Source: Mucilaginibacter sp. (GTDB lineage: Bacteria; Bacteroidota; Bacteroidia; Sphingobacteriales; Sphingobacteriaceae). From it: 64,000 nucleotides of DNA. The translations under genes and the position numbers were made by a program. A model generated the notes under the pieces. That model was not told the origin of the DNA. It ran no database searches and saw only the letters and a program-made list of their open reading frames with translations. Shown in pieces: positions 35,805 through 45,600 of the stretch. Location of the stretch: the NCBI GenBank assembly GCA_035547095.1, contig DASZVE010000015.1, positions 17,306 through 81,305 of the forward strand. The letters are read 5' to 3'. Positions within the stretch are counted from its first letter, which is position 1. Every line of letters begins with the position of its first letter.

Positions 35805-37205
35805 ATGGATTTTAAGCTGGAAAAGGAATTCAGCAAGGCTGGAATATTGCAGGAAGTCGATGCTTTAAAAAAGCAGATCAACGATGCAAGGCCGTTGCCA
35901 AACGATGTGGAAGACCGCGTGATGCAAAAGCTTCGCCTGGAGTGGAATTATAACTCCAATGCAATCGAAGGCAATAAGCTGAATTATGGTGAAACGACAG
36001 CTTTGCTGATGCATGGCATTACTGCTAAAGGCAAACCGCTCAAAGATCATTTGGACATACAGGGCCATAATGATGCTATCGATTTTCTTCAGTCGATTAT
36101 TAAAGAGAACAGGCCATTTACAGAAGCGGACATTCGCCAGCTACATGAGATAACATTGGTAGAACCCTACCCGGTTAAAGCACAAACAGCTGATGGTAAG
36201 TCGACTACCAAGCAGATCAAGATTGGTGTTTATAAAACATCACCTAATCATGTAAAAACGATCACCGGCGAAATACATTATTATGCTACTCCTGAAGAAA
36301 CACCAGCCAAAATGCAGGATTTGATGGCGTGGTATAGTGAGATTATAAAAGATAAGGACGTTCATCCTATTGTAATAGCAGCCTTATTTCAGCATAAGTT
36401 TACCGAGATACATCCTTTTGATGACGGTAACGGCCGTGTTGCACGCTTAGTGATGAATTTAATATTGATGAGGCATAGTTATCCGCCCGCCGTGATCAAA
36501 ATGGACGACAGGCACAACTACTATTCGCTATTAAGCCAAGCGGATGCGGGTAATAGTTGGCCGTTTATCGATTATATTGCGGAATTGTCGTTTAGCTCAC
36601 TACAAATCTATATGAGAGCGATAATGGGCGGAGATATTGACGACGATGAAGATATTGATAAAGAGATTGCTCTTTTTAAGCTGGAATTACAGTCCCAATT
36701 GGCGAATAAAAAAGAAATAAACGCGAAAGGAATTTACAATCTATGTATTCAGGAAGTATTGCCACTTGTTAATGGTTTGGCAAAAAAAGCTTTCGCTTTC
36801 AATGATTTATTCTTTAGAAATGAATATTGGATTAATGTAATTTATAAAAATATTACGCGCAATAGTAAAGATCGCTTAAATACGGGCATAGACTTGAACC
36901 AAGGAAATTTATCTCAATTTTTTGATTTTTTTTTAAATGAAAGAAATAAAATCGAAGCGATCGAATTCTCAATAAGGTTATATAATTTTAAGGATGAAGA
37001 TAATACTTTTGATGTAACTGGCTCACTCGTATTCAATTTTCTTAAGTACGAATACGAAATCATTAATTATAATAGGGAGCTATATATGTTGAAACTCTAC
37101 GGTGAAAAGATAAGTCAACAAGATATAAAGAAAATCATAGGCACCGTTGTCAAAGATATAGAGAGTTTAATACGTAATAATCTAAAAAGCCCAGAATCAA
37201 ACTAA
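35805..37205 (+). CDS. Fic-family protein (class II, with internal inhibitory helix) and an A+T-rich C-terminal extension of unknown fold
   Basis: The Fic motif is HPFDDGNGRVARL. The inhibitory (S/T)xxxE(G/N) motif is SNAIEG. The last about 180 aa are N/K/I-rich. Confidence 0.9.
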   Translation: MDFKLEKEFSKAGILQEVDALKKQINDARPLPNDVEDRVMQKLRLEWNYNSNAIEGNKLNYGETTALLMHGITAKGKPLKDHLDIQGHNDAIDFLQSIIKENRPFTEADIRQLHEITLVEPYPVKAQTADGKSTTKQIKIGVYKTSPNHVKTITGEIHYYATPEETPAKMQDLMAWYSEIIKDKDVHPIVIAALFQHKFTEIHPFDDGNGRVARLVMNLILMRHSYPPAVIKMDDRHNYYSLLSQADAGNSWPFIDYIAELSFSSLQIYMRAIMGGDIDDDEDIDKEIALFKLELQSQLANKKEINAKGIYNLCIQEVLPLVNGLAKKAFAFNDLFFRNEYWINVIYKNITRNSKDRLNTGIDLNQGNLSQFFDFFLNERNKIEAIEFSIRLYNFKDEDNTFDVTGSLVFNFLKYEYEIINYNRELYMLKLYGEKISQQDIKKIIGTVVKDIESLIRNNLKSPESN

Positions 37206-37221
37206 TTCCGGGCTCTAAATA

Positions 37222-37283
37222 TTCTTTCGGACTTTCCGACTTATGCGGACTTCCGGACTAAACTAACCTTTATCCTTTCACCT
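37222..37283 (-). repeat. Reading on the dnaJ strand: NNAAAGG array starting at the dnaJ stop (37283 down to 37266), then a GTCCGRAA-type element (37259 down to 37222)
   Basis: The plus strand reads ttctttcggactttccgacttatgcggacttccggact ... acctttatcctttcacct. Confidence 0.85.
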
Positions 37284-38440
37284 CATTCAAAATACTCCTT
37301 CATCCGTTCGAAGAAACTCTTTTCGTTCTTACCCGGACTCGGTTTAAAATTCGGCGAGTTTTGCAGCTTTTCCAGCAATTCGCGTTCTTCCCGGCTTAAT
37401 GCTTTTGGCGTCCAGATATTGATGTGGATCAGTTGGTCGCCGCGGTGGTATGAATTTACCTCCGGAACGCCTTTGCCCTTCAGGCGCAATATCTTACCGC
37501 CCTGTGTGCCGGGGTCGATCTTGATCTTGGCTTTGCCGTCTATTGTCGGCACTTCGACGTTCGTACCCAGAGCCGCATCGATAAAGCTGACATGCAGGTC
37601 GTAGATAATGTTATTGCCGTCGCGTTTTAAGGTTTCGTGGGGTATTTCTTCGATCAGGATGATCAGGTCGCCCGCAATGCCGCCGCGCGGCGCGGCATTA
37701 CCTTTGCCGCCCATGCTCAATTGCATGCCTTCGCTAACGCCTGCGGGTATGTTTATGCTGATCAGCTCTTCATCGCGTACTACTCCTTCGCCATGACAAA
37801 CCGTACATTTGGCAGTGATCACCGTGCCTTCGCCGTTACAGGTGGGGCAGGTGCTGGTGGTTTGCATCTGGCCGAGGATGGTATTCGTTACCCGGCGCAC
37901 TGCACCCTGGCCGCCGCAGGTCTTACAGGTCTGCACCGACGAGCGGTCTTTCGCGCCCGTACCGTCGCACGTTTTACAGGCGACCTGTTTGTTTACCTTA
38001 ATTTTCTTTTCGGCTCCGTTAGCGATCTCTTCAAGCGTTAGCCTTACCTTTATGCGCAGGTTGCTGCCGCGTTGCACACGGCGGCCGCCGCCTTGTCTTC
38101 CGCCGCCAAAAAAGCCCTCGAAGGGACTTCCGCCGCCGAAAATGTCACCAAACTGGCTGAATATATCTTCCATATTCATGCCGCCGCCGCCAAAACCGCC
38201 TCCATTGGCCGATTGTGCGTTGGCCGCATGCCCGAACTGGTTGTAACGCTGGCGCTTATCCGGATTGCTAAGCACCTCGTATGCTTCGGCCGCCTCCTTG
38301 AACTTTTCCTCTGCCTCTTTGTCACCCGGATTTTTGTCAGGGTGGTATTTGATGGCCATCTTACGATAAGCCTTTTTGATCTCTTCGGCATCGGCGCCCC
38401 TGGCGACACCCAGTACGTCGTAATAATCTCTTTTTGACAT
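37283..38440 (-). CDS. dnaJ: Molecular chaperone DnaJ
   Basis: Has the J domain (HPDKNPG), a G/F region and four CxxCxGxG zinc-finger repeats. Confidence 0.95.
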   Translation of the reverse strand: MSKRDYYDVLGVARGADAEEIKKAYRKMAIKYHPDKNPGDKEAEEKFKEAAEAYEVLSNPDKRQRYNQFGHAANAQSANGGGFGGGGMNMEDIFSQFGDIFGGGSPFEGFFGGGRQGGGRRVQRGSNLRIKVRLTLEEIANGAEKKIKVNKQVACKTCDGTGAKDRSSVQTCKTCGGQGAVRRVTNTILGQMQTTSTCPTCNGEGTVITAKCTVCHGEGVVRDEELISINIPAGVSEGMQLSMGGKGNAAPRGGIAGDLIILIEEIPHETLKRDGNNIIYDLHVSFIDAALGTNVEVPTIDGKAKIKIDPGTQGGKILRLKGKGVPEVNSYHRGDQLIHINIWTPKALSREERELLEKLQNSPNFKPSPGKNEKSFFERMKEYFE

Positions 38441-38447
38441 AGATCCA

Positions 38448-38541
38448 ATTATTGAATTATTGAATTACAGAATTATCGAATAGGCCTCATTAGCAAACTA
38501 TCAATAACTCATTAATTCAATAATTCAGTAAATCAATAATT
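38448..38541. repeat. Octad word array AATTAYNG (38448-38479) and complementary CANTAANT array (38502-38541) in the dnaJ/grpE spacer
   Basis: The left array reads aattattg aattattg aattacag aattatcg. The right array reads caataact cattaatt caataatt cagtaaat caataatt. Confidence 0.8.
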
Positions 38542-39094
38542 AATTTCCAACAACAACCTTAGCGTGACGCGCCACCTTATCGTTCAGGTAGTAGCCTTTT
38601 TCCACTTCGTCTACCACCTTACCCTTCTGATCGTCGCTTGCGGGTATATTGGTTATTGCTTCATGCAGTTCGGGGTCAAAGTCGGTGCCTATAGACGGCA
38701 TTTCTTTCAAGCCCTTTTGGCCAAGTATATTTCTTAGCTTCTGCTGTATTAGCAAAACACCCTCTTTTACGGAATTTATATCGGTGGTGTTCGCCATTGA
38801 ACGGATAGCCCGGTCGAAGTCGTCCAGTACGGGAAGCAACGAAACAATCACATCCTTGCCGGCGGTCTGCAGCAGTTCTGCACGTTCTTTGGTCGTACGG
38901 CGACGGAAATTATCGAACTCGGCATACAAACGCAGGTATTTATCATTTGCCAGCGCCACTTCCTGTTTTAGAAGCTGCTCGGGTGTTTCCTCTTCGGTTT
39001 CCACCTCGTTGCCTTCCGTTGCAGGAGCCTCATCCGTCATATTTTCAATATCGTCTTCTTTCTTTTTTTTCTTTAGCATATCATTCATATTCAT
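38540..39094 (-). CDS. grpE: Nucleotide exchange factor GrpE
   Basis: Contains LRLYAEFDNFRRRTTKE and a GrpE C-terminal beta domain. The start is taken at ATG 39094 (the track ORF starts at TTG 39109). Confidence 0.9.
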   Translation of the reverse strand: MNMNDMLKKKKKEDDIENMTDEAPATEGNEVETEEETPEQLLKQEVALANDKYLRLYAEFDNFRRRTTKERAELLQTAGKDVIVSLLPVLDDFDRAIRSMANTTDINSVKEGVLLIQQKLRNILGQKGLKEMPSIGTDFDPELHEAITNIPASDDQKGKVVDEVEKGYYLNDKVARHAKVVVGN

Positions 39095-39153
39095 GATCCG
39101 GTACCGCAAATCAAGTATCCTGCCAAGGCTTAAAAGACGACAAGCTGACAGAG

Positions 39154-39281
39154 AGTTTTGAGTTGGCAGTTCTAAGTTGACAGTAAGCAGTAGTCAGTTG
39201 GCAGTTTACAGTTATCGGTTGGCACAATTGGTAAGTTGATTTAAATACTGCCCACTGTGAACTGCCCACTGGAAACTGATT
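39154..39281. repeat. Ten in-register heptads AGTNNNN (39154-39223) followed by five in-register heptads ACTGNNN (39247-39281)
   Basis: The first array reads agttttg agttggc agttcta agttgac agtaagc agtagtc agttggc agtttac agttatc ggttggc. The second reads actgccc actgtga actgccc actggaa actgatt. Confidence 0.9.
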
Positions 39282-39963
39282 ACGCTATCTGCACATCCTC
39301 GATCACCCGACCGCTTTCGCATTTGATGATACGTGAAGGAAAGGTGCGTATGATGTGATAATCGTGTGTGGCGATAACTACGGCAGTGCCTGCCAATTGT
39401 ATCTGTTTCAACAGCAGTACGATTTCTTCCGATGTCTCCGGGTCGAGATTGCCGGTGGGTTCGTCGGCGAGGATGATCTCGGGGTCGTTCAGTAAAGCAC
39501 GGGCGATCACCACGCGCTGCTGTTCGCCGCCAGATAGTTCGTGCGGCATCTTCTTCAGCTTCGAGCGGAGGCCCACTTTTTCCAGTACGTCCAGTGTGCG
39601 TTCAGCTATGAGCTTTTTGTCTTTCCAGCCTGTGGCCTTCATCACAAATTCAAGATTCGCCTCCACCGTGCGGTCCGTTAGTAACTGGAAGTCCTGGAAA
39701 ACAATACCGAGCTTTCGGCGCAGAAAAGGGATATCCTTGCCCGCAATGTCTTTTAGTTCGTACCCGCAAACATGCCCCTCGCCCGATTTGATGGGCAGGT
39801 CGCAATAAATAATCTTTAGCAAGCTGCTTTTGCCCGATCCGGTTTGCCCGATCAGCCAAACAAAGTCGCCTTTATCGATGTGCAGATTAACATGCGTGAG
39901 AACCGGGTGACTTTGCTGAAAAATATCAACCCCGCTAAGTTTTATAATAGAATTTCCGATCAT
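39280..39963 (-). CDS. ftsE: Cell division ATP-binding protein FtsE
   Basis: Has Walker A GQTGSGKSS, LSGGEQQRVVIARAL and ILADEPTGNLD, with an FtsE-like length. Confidence 0.85.
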   Translation of the reverse strand: MIGNSIIKLSGVDIFQQSHPVLTHVNLHIDKGDFVWLIGQTGSGKSSLLKIIYCDLPIKSGEGHVCGYELKDIAGKDIPFLRRKLGIVFQDFQLLTDRTVEANLEFVMKATGWKDKKLIAERTLDVLEKVGLRSKLKKMPHELSGGEQQRVVIARALLNDPEIILADEPTGNLDPETSEEIVLLLKQIQLAGTAVVIATHDYHIIRTFPSRIIKCESGRVIEDVQIA

Positions 39964-39964
39964 T

Positions 39965-40168
39965 TTACAATTCCAATTTTAGGATCTGTCCGAAAGGCAG
40001 CTCCCTGACAATATTCATAATATATTCCGTCCTGGCGCCCAAACCAACCTTTTCCAGTGATTTTTCAGGCCTGTCTACCCTGAAATAAGCCAGCAAAGTG
40101 AACTGGTCGTCGCGCAGCTGCACGTAATCCGGTATCTTGGCGACGCCTTTTACTTTGATAATATACAT
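39965..40168 (-). CDS. Hypothetical 67-aa protein
   Basis: The stop lies 1 nt before the ftsE start. The start is taken at ATG 40168, because the upstream extension reads through the heptad array. Confidence 0.4.
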   Translation of the reverse strand: MYIIKVKGVAKIPDYVQLRDDQFTLLAYFRVDRPEKSLEKVGLGARTEYIMNIVRELPFGQILKLEL

Positions 40169-40175
40169 TTTGAGG

Positions 40176-40248
40176 TTACAGGTAAAAGGACCAAGGTTAA
40201 AGGTTGATGCGGACTTACCTTTCACCTTTTACCTTTTGGCTTTCACCT
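40176..40248. repeat. NNNNAGG heptad array facing a CCTTTNN array, with one GTCCG-type unit between them
   Basis: The left array reads ttacagg taaaagg accaagg ttaaagg. The middle reads ttgatgcggactta. The right array reads cctttca cctttta ccttttgg ctttca. Confidence 0.8.
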
Positions 40249-40268
40249 CCTCCAAAGGTATTGTTATT

Positions 40269-41291
40269 TTAAAGCTTTGTCAAGAAATCCATCGTATCCA
40301 CGCCGTCGGCATAGTCCCATAACTTTGGATGCTGGCTTTGGCCGGGAGCTACGCTGCAGTTTCCCGGCGGCAAGGTTAGCATTGTTACAATGCACTGGAT
40401 ATTGTCCTTTTGCCCGGCTAAAATTTCCTGCAAGGCATTTATGTCATCATAGTATTCATAAAACAAAACCGCGAGGGGCGAGGACATGCCTTGATCTTCT
40501 TTCAGCAGCAGGAAACCGTTATCGAGATGAGGATCGCGGTTCACCAGGTAGATCGATTTGTTATAATCGTAGTTGTTGTGGTATTTGTGGTGGTGAATAA
40601 TGTCATGGTAAGGCTCGATCGCCTCGAAAAACCGTGTAAAATCATACCCAACCGGTACAAATAATTTTGAAACATTCCTGCAGCCGAGGCCGAAATAATC
40701 AAAAATATCGCGACCAAGGTTATACAATAGTTCATTCGACTCATCACCTGTCAAAACAGCGACGCTATTCCGGTTTTTACGGATGATATGAGGCACTTTT
40801 CCAAAATAGTATTCAAAATACCGCGAGGTGTTGTTGCTGCCCGTGGCGATTACTGCATCAAAATCCTGTAGTTTGTCCACGAAGCTGAATTGTTCGCTAA
40901 AAGCGGGCTCGATGGCACACAGCAGGTCCAAAACCTGCTTTATGAGCCTTGCGTCCTGCGATGAGGCTTTAATTAAAGCATAATTTCCGCTCACTAAAAC
41001 ACAAAGTACATCGTGAAAACCCACAAGCGGAATGTTTCCAGCCAGGATGAGCCCTACCCGTTTCGGGCTTGCTGACTTAAAGTTATAATGATCGAGCCAT
41101 TTCGAAATATCTTCAGCATTCAGCATCTGCGCGTCAGCTTTAACAGCATTCGCTACATTCCCGGGCGTAAACCAGGCATTATAATGGCATTCGTTTTGTA
41201 TAGTATTAGTTAATTCCGCGGCGGGGAAACTTAATTGATGCCCCCACGTAGAAAGTACATTTTGCAGATAGACTTTGTTAAATTTTGACAT
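40269..41291 (-). CDS. Acyl-CoA reductase (LuxC-like) family protein
   Basis: 340 aa. LILAGNIPLVGFHDVLCVLVSGNYALIKASSQD resembles the LuxC-family core as I remember it. Confidence 0.55.
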   Translation of the reverse strand: MSKFNKVYLQNVLSTWGHQLSFPAAELTNTIQNECHYNAWFTPGNVANAVKADAQMLNAEDISKWLDHYNFKSASPKRVGLILAGNIPLVGFHDVLCVLVSGNYALIKASSQDARLIKQVLDLLCAIEPAFSEQFSFVDKLQDFDAVIATGSNNTSRYFEYYFGKVPHIIRKNRNSVAVLTGDESNELLYNLGRDIFDYFGLGCRNVSKLFVPVGYDFTRFFEAIEPYHDIIHHHKYHNNYDYNKSIYLVNRDPHLDNGFLLLKEDQGMSSPLAVLFYEYYDDINALQEILAGQKDNIQCIVTMLTLPPGNCSVAPGQSQHPKLWDYADGVDTMDFLTKL

Positions 41292-41391
41292 ATAAATGGT
41301 AAGGGTTTCAAACCCCCGAGCGTTTTTTTGTTATATTTGCATGCCGTTAATGGCAGGGCAAAGGTAAACGAGATATAAGTATTAAGAAAAT

Positions 41392-41745
41392 ATGGCGATT
41401 AAAATCACCGACGAATGTATAAATTGCGGGGCCTGCGAACCCGAATGTCCGAATAATGCGATCTATGACGCAGGGGCTGCCTGGCGTTTTTCGGACGGTA
41501 CAGGCTTGAAGGGACTGATCGATTTCGGCGACGGCAATACGCTAAACGCCGAAGAAGCCCAGGCTGCATTGTCAGACGACATATATTACATTGTTCCGGA
41601 CAAATGTACCGAATGCGTGGGTTTCCACGACGAGCCACAGTGTGCGGCTGTTTGCCCGGTAGATTGTTGCGTAGATGACGAAGATGTTCGCGAAACCAAG
41701 GAAGAACTGATGGCCAAAAAAGAATGGTTGCATATGAATGAATAG
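41392..41745 (+). CDS. 4Fe-4S dicluster ferredoxin
   Basis: Contains CINCGACEPECP and CTECVGFHDEPQCAAVCP. Confidence 0.9.
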   Translation: MAIKITDECINCGACEPECPNNAIYDAGAAWRFSDGTGLKGLIDFGDGNTLNAEEAQAALSDDIYYIVPDKCTECVGFHDEPQCAAVCPVDCCVDDEDVRETKEELMAKKEWLHMNE

Positions 41746-41767
41746 CAGAAGATATCTTCTCATAAAC

Positions 41768-41807
41768 AGGGGAATGTGTGTTTTCAATACATTCCCCTAT
41801 TTTTTTT
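41768..41807 (+). terminator. Rho-independent terminator of the ferredoxin gene
   Basis: The 10-bp stem is aggggaatgt / acattcccct with an 11-nt loop. It is followed by a-tttttttt. Confidence 0.85.
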
Positions 41808-41869
41808 ATGATATTTTTAACTTATTGTTGCGAAACGCTATTTCTTAACGTTGAAATAATACCCCATTG

Positions 41870-42631
41870 ATGGAATACGGAATTTGTAATTTGGCAGTTA
41901 TACCGCTAAGGGCCGAACCAAGCGATAAAAGTGAACAGGTTTCGCAGATATTGTTTGGCGAAGCTTTTGAGATTGCCGAATGGAAAGACCGGTGGGTTAA
42001 GGTAAAAACGGCTTATGATGATTACGAAGGCTGGATAGGCAGGCTGCAATTTGCCATGCTGGGGCATATCGCCTATAAAACCCTGAGGCAGAGTCCCGCA
42101 CCGCTTACCTATCGAGCCGTAACCCAGGCGTGGAAAAAACCGGATAACAGTGTATTGTATCTGCCCGTAAGCAGTTCGCTGGTATTTCTTAAAGGTACAA
42201 CCTGTCACATTAATAATGAGAAATTCGAGATCATCGGTGAAATAGGAGAGACCGAACCGATTGACGTTACTGCAAAATCGTTTCTCAATACCGCGTACTT
42301 ATGGGGAGGTCGCACGCATTATGGCATCGACTGCTCGGGTTTTACACAAACCGTTTTCAGGCTGCAAGGCATCCATTTGAAACGCGATGCATATATGCAG
42401 GCCGAGCAGGGTAAACCGGTCGATTTTATTTCAGAAGCCAGGTTAGGCGACCTTGCATTTTTTGACAACGAGGTAGGCCGTATTACCCATGTTGGTATTA
42501 TGCTCAACAATGGCCAGATCATCCATGCGTCGGGACGCGTCAAGATCGAAAACATCGACAGCCAGGGTATCTTTTCCGAGGAACAGAAACGATACACTCA
42601 TAAACTGCGGATAATCAAACGTTTTTTCTGA
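41870..42631 (+). CDS. NlpC/P60 (C40) peptidase with N-terminal SH3-like domains
   Basis: Contains YLWGGRTHYGIDCSGFTQTVF (catalytic Cys) and GRITHVGIML (His). Confidence 0.85.
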   Translation: MEYGICNLAVIPLRAEPSDKSEQVSQILFGEAFEIAEWKDRWVKVKTAYDDYEGWIGRLQFAMLGHIAYKTLRQSPAPLTYRAVTQAWKKPDNSVLYLPVSSSLVFLKGTTCHINNEKFEIIGEIGETEPIDVTAKSFLNTAYLWGGRTHYGIDCSGFTQTVFRLQGIHLKRDAYMQAEQGKPVDFISEARLGDLAFFDNEVGRITHVGIMLNNGQIIHASGRVKIENIDSQGIFSEEQKRYTHKLRIIKRFF

Positions 42632-45600
42632 TCAATTTTTTACAAAGCTGGTAACACCTACTACGCTTTTGTTCAGGTTATCAATTACCTGTACTATATA
42701 AGTGCCAGGTTGCAGATTGGTTATATTGGTTTGCCACGTTGATTGCTGCGTTAATTCCTGCCTTACTAACAAACCGCTTGAATTGACTATCCTGATGTCA
42801 TAGGGCGCAGGATTCGGGTCCCGGGTTATTTTCAGATTAATAACGCTGGCCGCGGGATTCGGATAGGCTGTGATAAGCGTCGCCAAAATGTTTTCGTGCC
42901 TTGAATAATTTAATGACGCAATGTTTGAATAGGTGATGTTGTTATTGATGTCATCCAATTTCAGCCGGTATTGATTTTGTCCATGGGCAGGCGATCTGTC
43001 AACGAATGCATACCGACCGGTGCCATCGGATTGCATACTGCCAATCGGGTTAAACTTAATTCCGTTATCAGTGCTCCTTTCTATATAAAAGGCAGTATAG
43101 TCCGATTCGTTTTTTGTTTTCCATATCAACAGCGAACCTTCGGTAATTTTGTTGGCGTTGAAACTCAATAGTTGTAATGCGGGAACGGGATCCTTACTGA
43201 TAACCAATTGAAAGCGTTTGCCGCCAAATGTTGTAGTGTCGGCTTTGTTGATCGTAAACGAATATACCGGATTGGTGCGTAGGTTGATCGAATCGGGCTT
43301 GGTCCTGTCCCTTAACCATACGCCATAGGTGGGCTGCAGGTTAGAGAGCTGGGTTAGTTTTAGCTGGTATTGCCCTGTCGCTGTGCCATCAACCAGCAGC
43401 GGAATTACTTGCGGTGTTTTCGCAGGAAATGGCAGGCGGTCGATACAAAGTTTTATGCTGTCGCTTGCCATGGCCGACAGGCTCACTGCCGGGCTAATTC
43501 CGCCCATGTCCCCGGCATCTTCGGTAATCTTATAGCAATTGCTGGCACTATCGTTCAGGCGGACCACGATCTCGTCCGTATTGATCGAGTCTTTAGATAG
43601 CCGGATACGCACCAGCGGCTCGTCGCCCGAAGGCGTCGCCTTCGGTTTTCCCATCAGAATGTTCAGTTGAGAAGCAGATGGTTGCGTGGTCGTCTTCGCG
43701 GTTTCCCTGAAAGACAGAGTTTGGCTCGTTGAGCTCGCCCTTATAAAAAAACCCTGCCCGCTTGCGATCATATTGCTCGCCGAACCTACAGCCGTTCCGG
43801 GGTTAATATTGCTTATGGTGTCTGCCGAAACAATAGTGCCTGTTTTTTGCATGTAGGCTTCGTATTGTTTATTGGTTGGATTGAACATATATATCGTGGA
43901 CGTCAAGCCTCCACCGCCATAAATAGACGAATTGGCAACGGTGCTGTTGCGGTTGAACTTTTCCCAATTAATGGTGGCGGCATACGGATTGCCGACCAGG
44001 CAATATCCCCTGACAGCCGAATTAGCAAGGCTGGGGCTGTTGGTATAACCCAGGTAGTTATCCTGCCGGTACCACAGTTTTACGTTTACGGTGCCCGTAT
44101 TTAACGTCCCGGTATTTGTAAACGTCACATCTTCGGGGTAATTGTATGGCAGCGACGTTTTAGTACCGCTGGTGCTTCCGTTAGGGGTTGTTTTATTCCC
44201 TCTGAAAAAGAATAATACGCCGTTGCCCACCGGTATTGTAACAGTAGTATCGTTGACGTTGGTTAGTGTTAACCGTTTTTGGGTACCTATATTATAAACC
44301 GGGGAGTTATTGATCTTTGCTATACCTTTAAAATCCCCAGTGGTAAAGTTTACGTCGCTCGGTATAATATCTTCCCGGTAAATGTAGGTTGATGGGTTTC
44401 CAACGCTAAAAAATCCGCCGCCGGATGGACCGGTAATAATCGCGCTGTTTGCCAGCCAGCTTAAGTCAAATACTTTGTTACTGCCGGCGGTACCGGTATA
44501 AACAGTTGACGACATTAACCGGTAGCCGCGTCTCGAAACATCAGTGGGATAGCTGCCCTTAACAAATCGCTGCACGTTAATAGTTCCGCTGATACTTGCG
44601 CCCGATGAAAGTGTTGCAAAGGTTGCCGAACCGGTAGCATCGCTCAGCAACGTCAGGCTATTGGAGGCTGACGCGTCCAGCAGCGCCGGGTTATTTACGG
44701 TCAACACCCCCAGCGGCGAAATATTGTTGTTGCCCTGCAATACCGTGTTTGCTCCGCTGCCTGATGTAGATATCGTAACATTGTTGAAAATAGTGCCCGT
44801 TACGACGTTGCTGGGATAATAATTGTTGCCGGCCGTTCCTCCTTTTATATATTGTGTGCCCGAACCATCCATCAACAGGGTAGAACTGTTGGTCACAAAA
44901 TCAACATTCGTTCCGGCCGAATTGTCAAGGTTTCCGGCCACGTTCATAGTACCGCTGGCGACCTGTTTTGGCGTAGCGCCGGTAAAAACCACATTGTTCT
45001 GATAGTTTACACTGGTCGACACGACCTGCGTGCTGTCCGAGGCATTATTCCCATCGTAGGTTACCACACCGCCTACATTATAATTGGCCGTGTTAAGCCA
45101 GCTTCCGGCAATATTGATGGGCAATGAGCCCGAATACATTGCGCCGTTGCCGATAAAATTATTTCCTATGTCTATTTCTGTAAGCTGTGAATCGAAAGTT
45201 ACGCTATTGGTCGTATTTAAAACCCCGAAGTTTCCAAGCACGTCAAACACAGTGGTATTATCGGGCGATGTCCCGCCGTTAACCGTAATGTTCGCGCCGG
45301 TAAATATTACGTTTGGGGGAAGGTTTGTCCCGGAGGCATTCGGTTTTACTAAATTAATTACCTGGTTCGTCGCAGTAAATTCCAGCGTTGCTGTCGGATC
45401 TATTACATCGTTATCATGAAAATTAAAGGTGCTTCGCGAAATATAAAGCGCATTAGCGCCGATCGTCGCATGGTAGTTGGTTCCTTCCACCAGCGTGGCA
45501 TTGGCATTAAAGATGGCATTTGGCTCGACATATAAATAATTGATGGTCACGTAAGAGCCCGACGCCTGGTTCAGCAATTCCACGCCTTTATCCGTAGAGG

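Noticed and set aside
39154-39281. Whether the tandem word arrays could be CRISPR arrays
   Set aside because: The units are only 7-8 nt, directly abutting with no spacers. The arrays are under 100 nt, and no cas genes are present.
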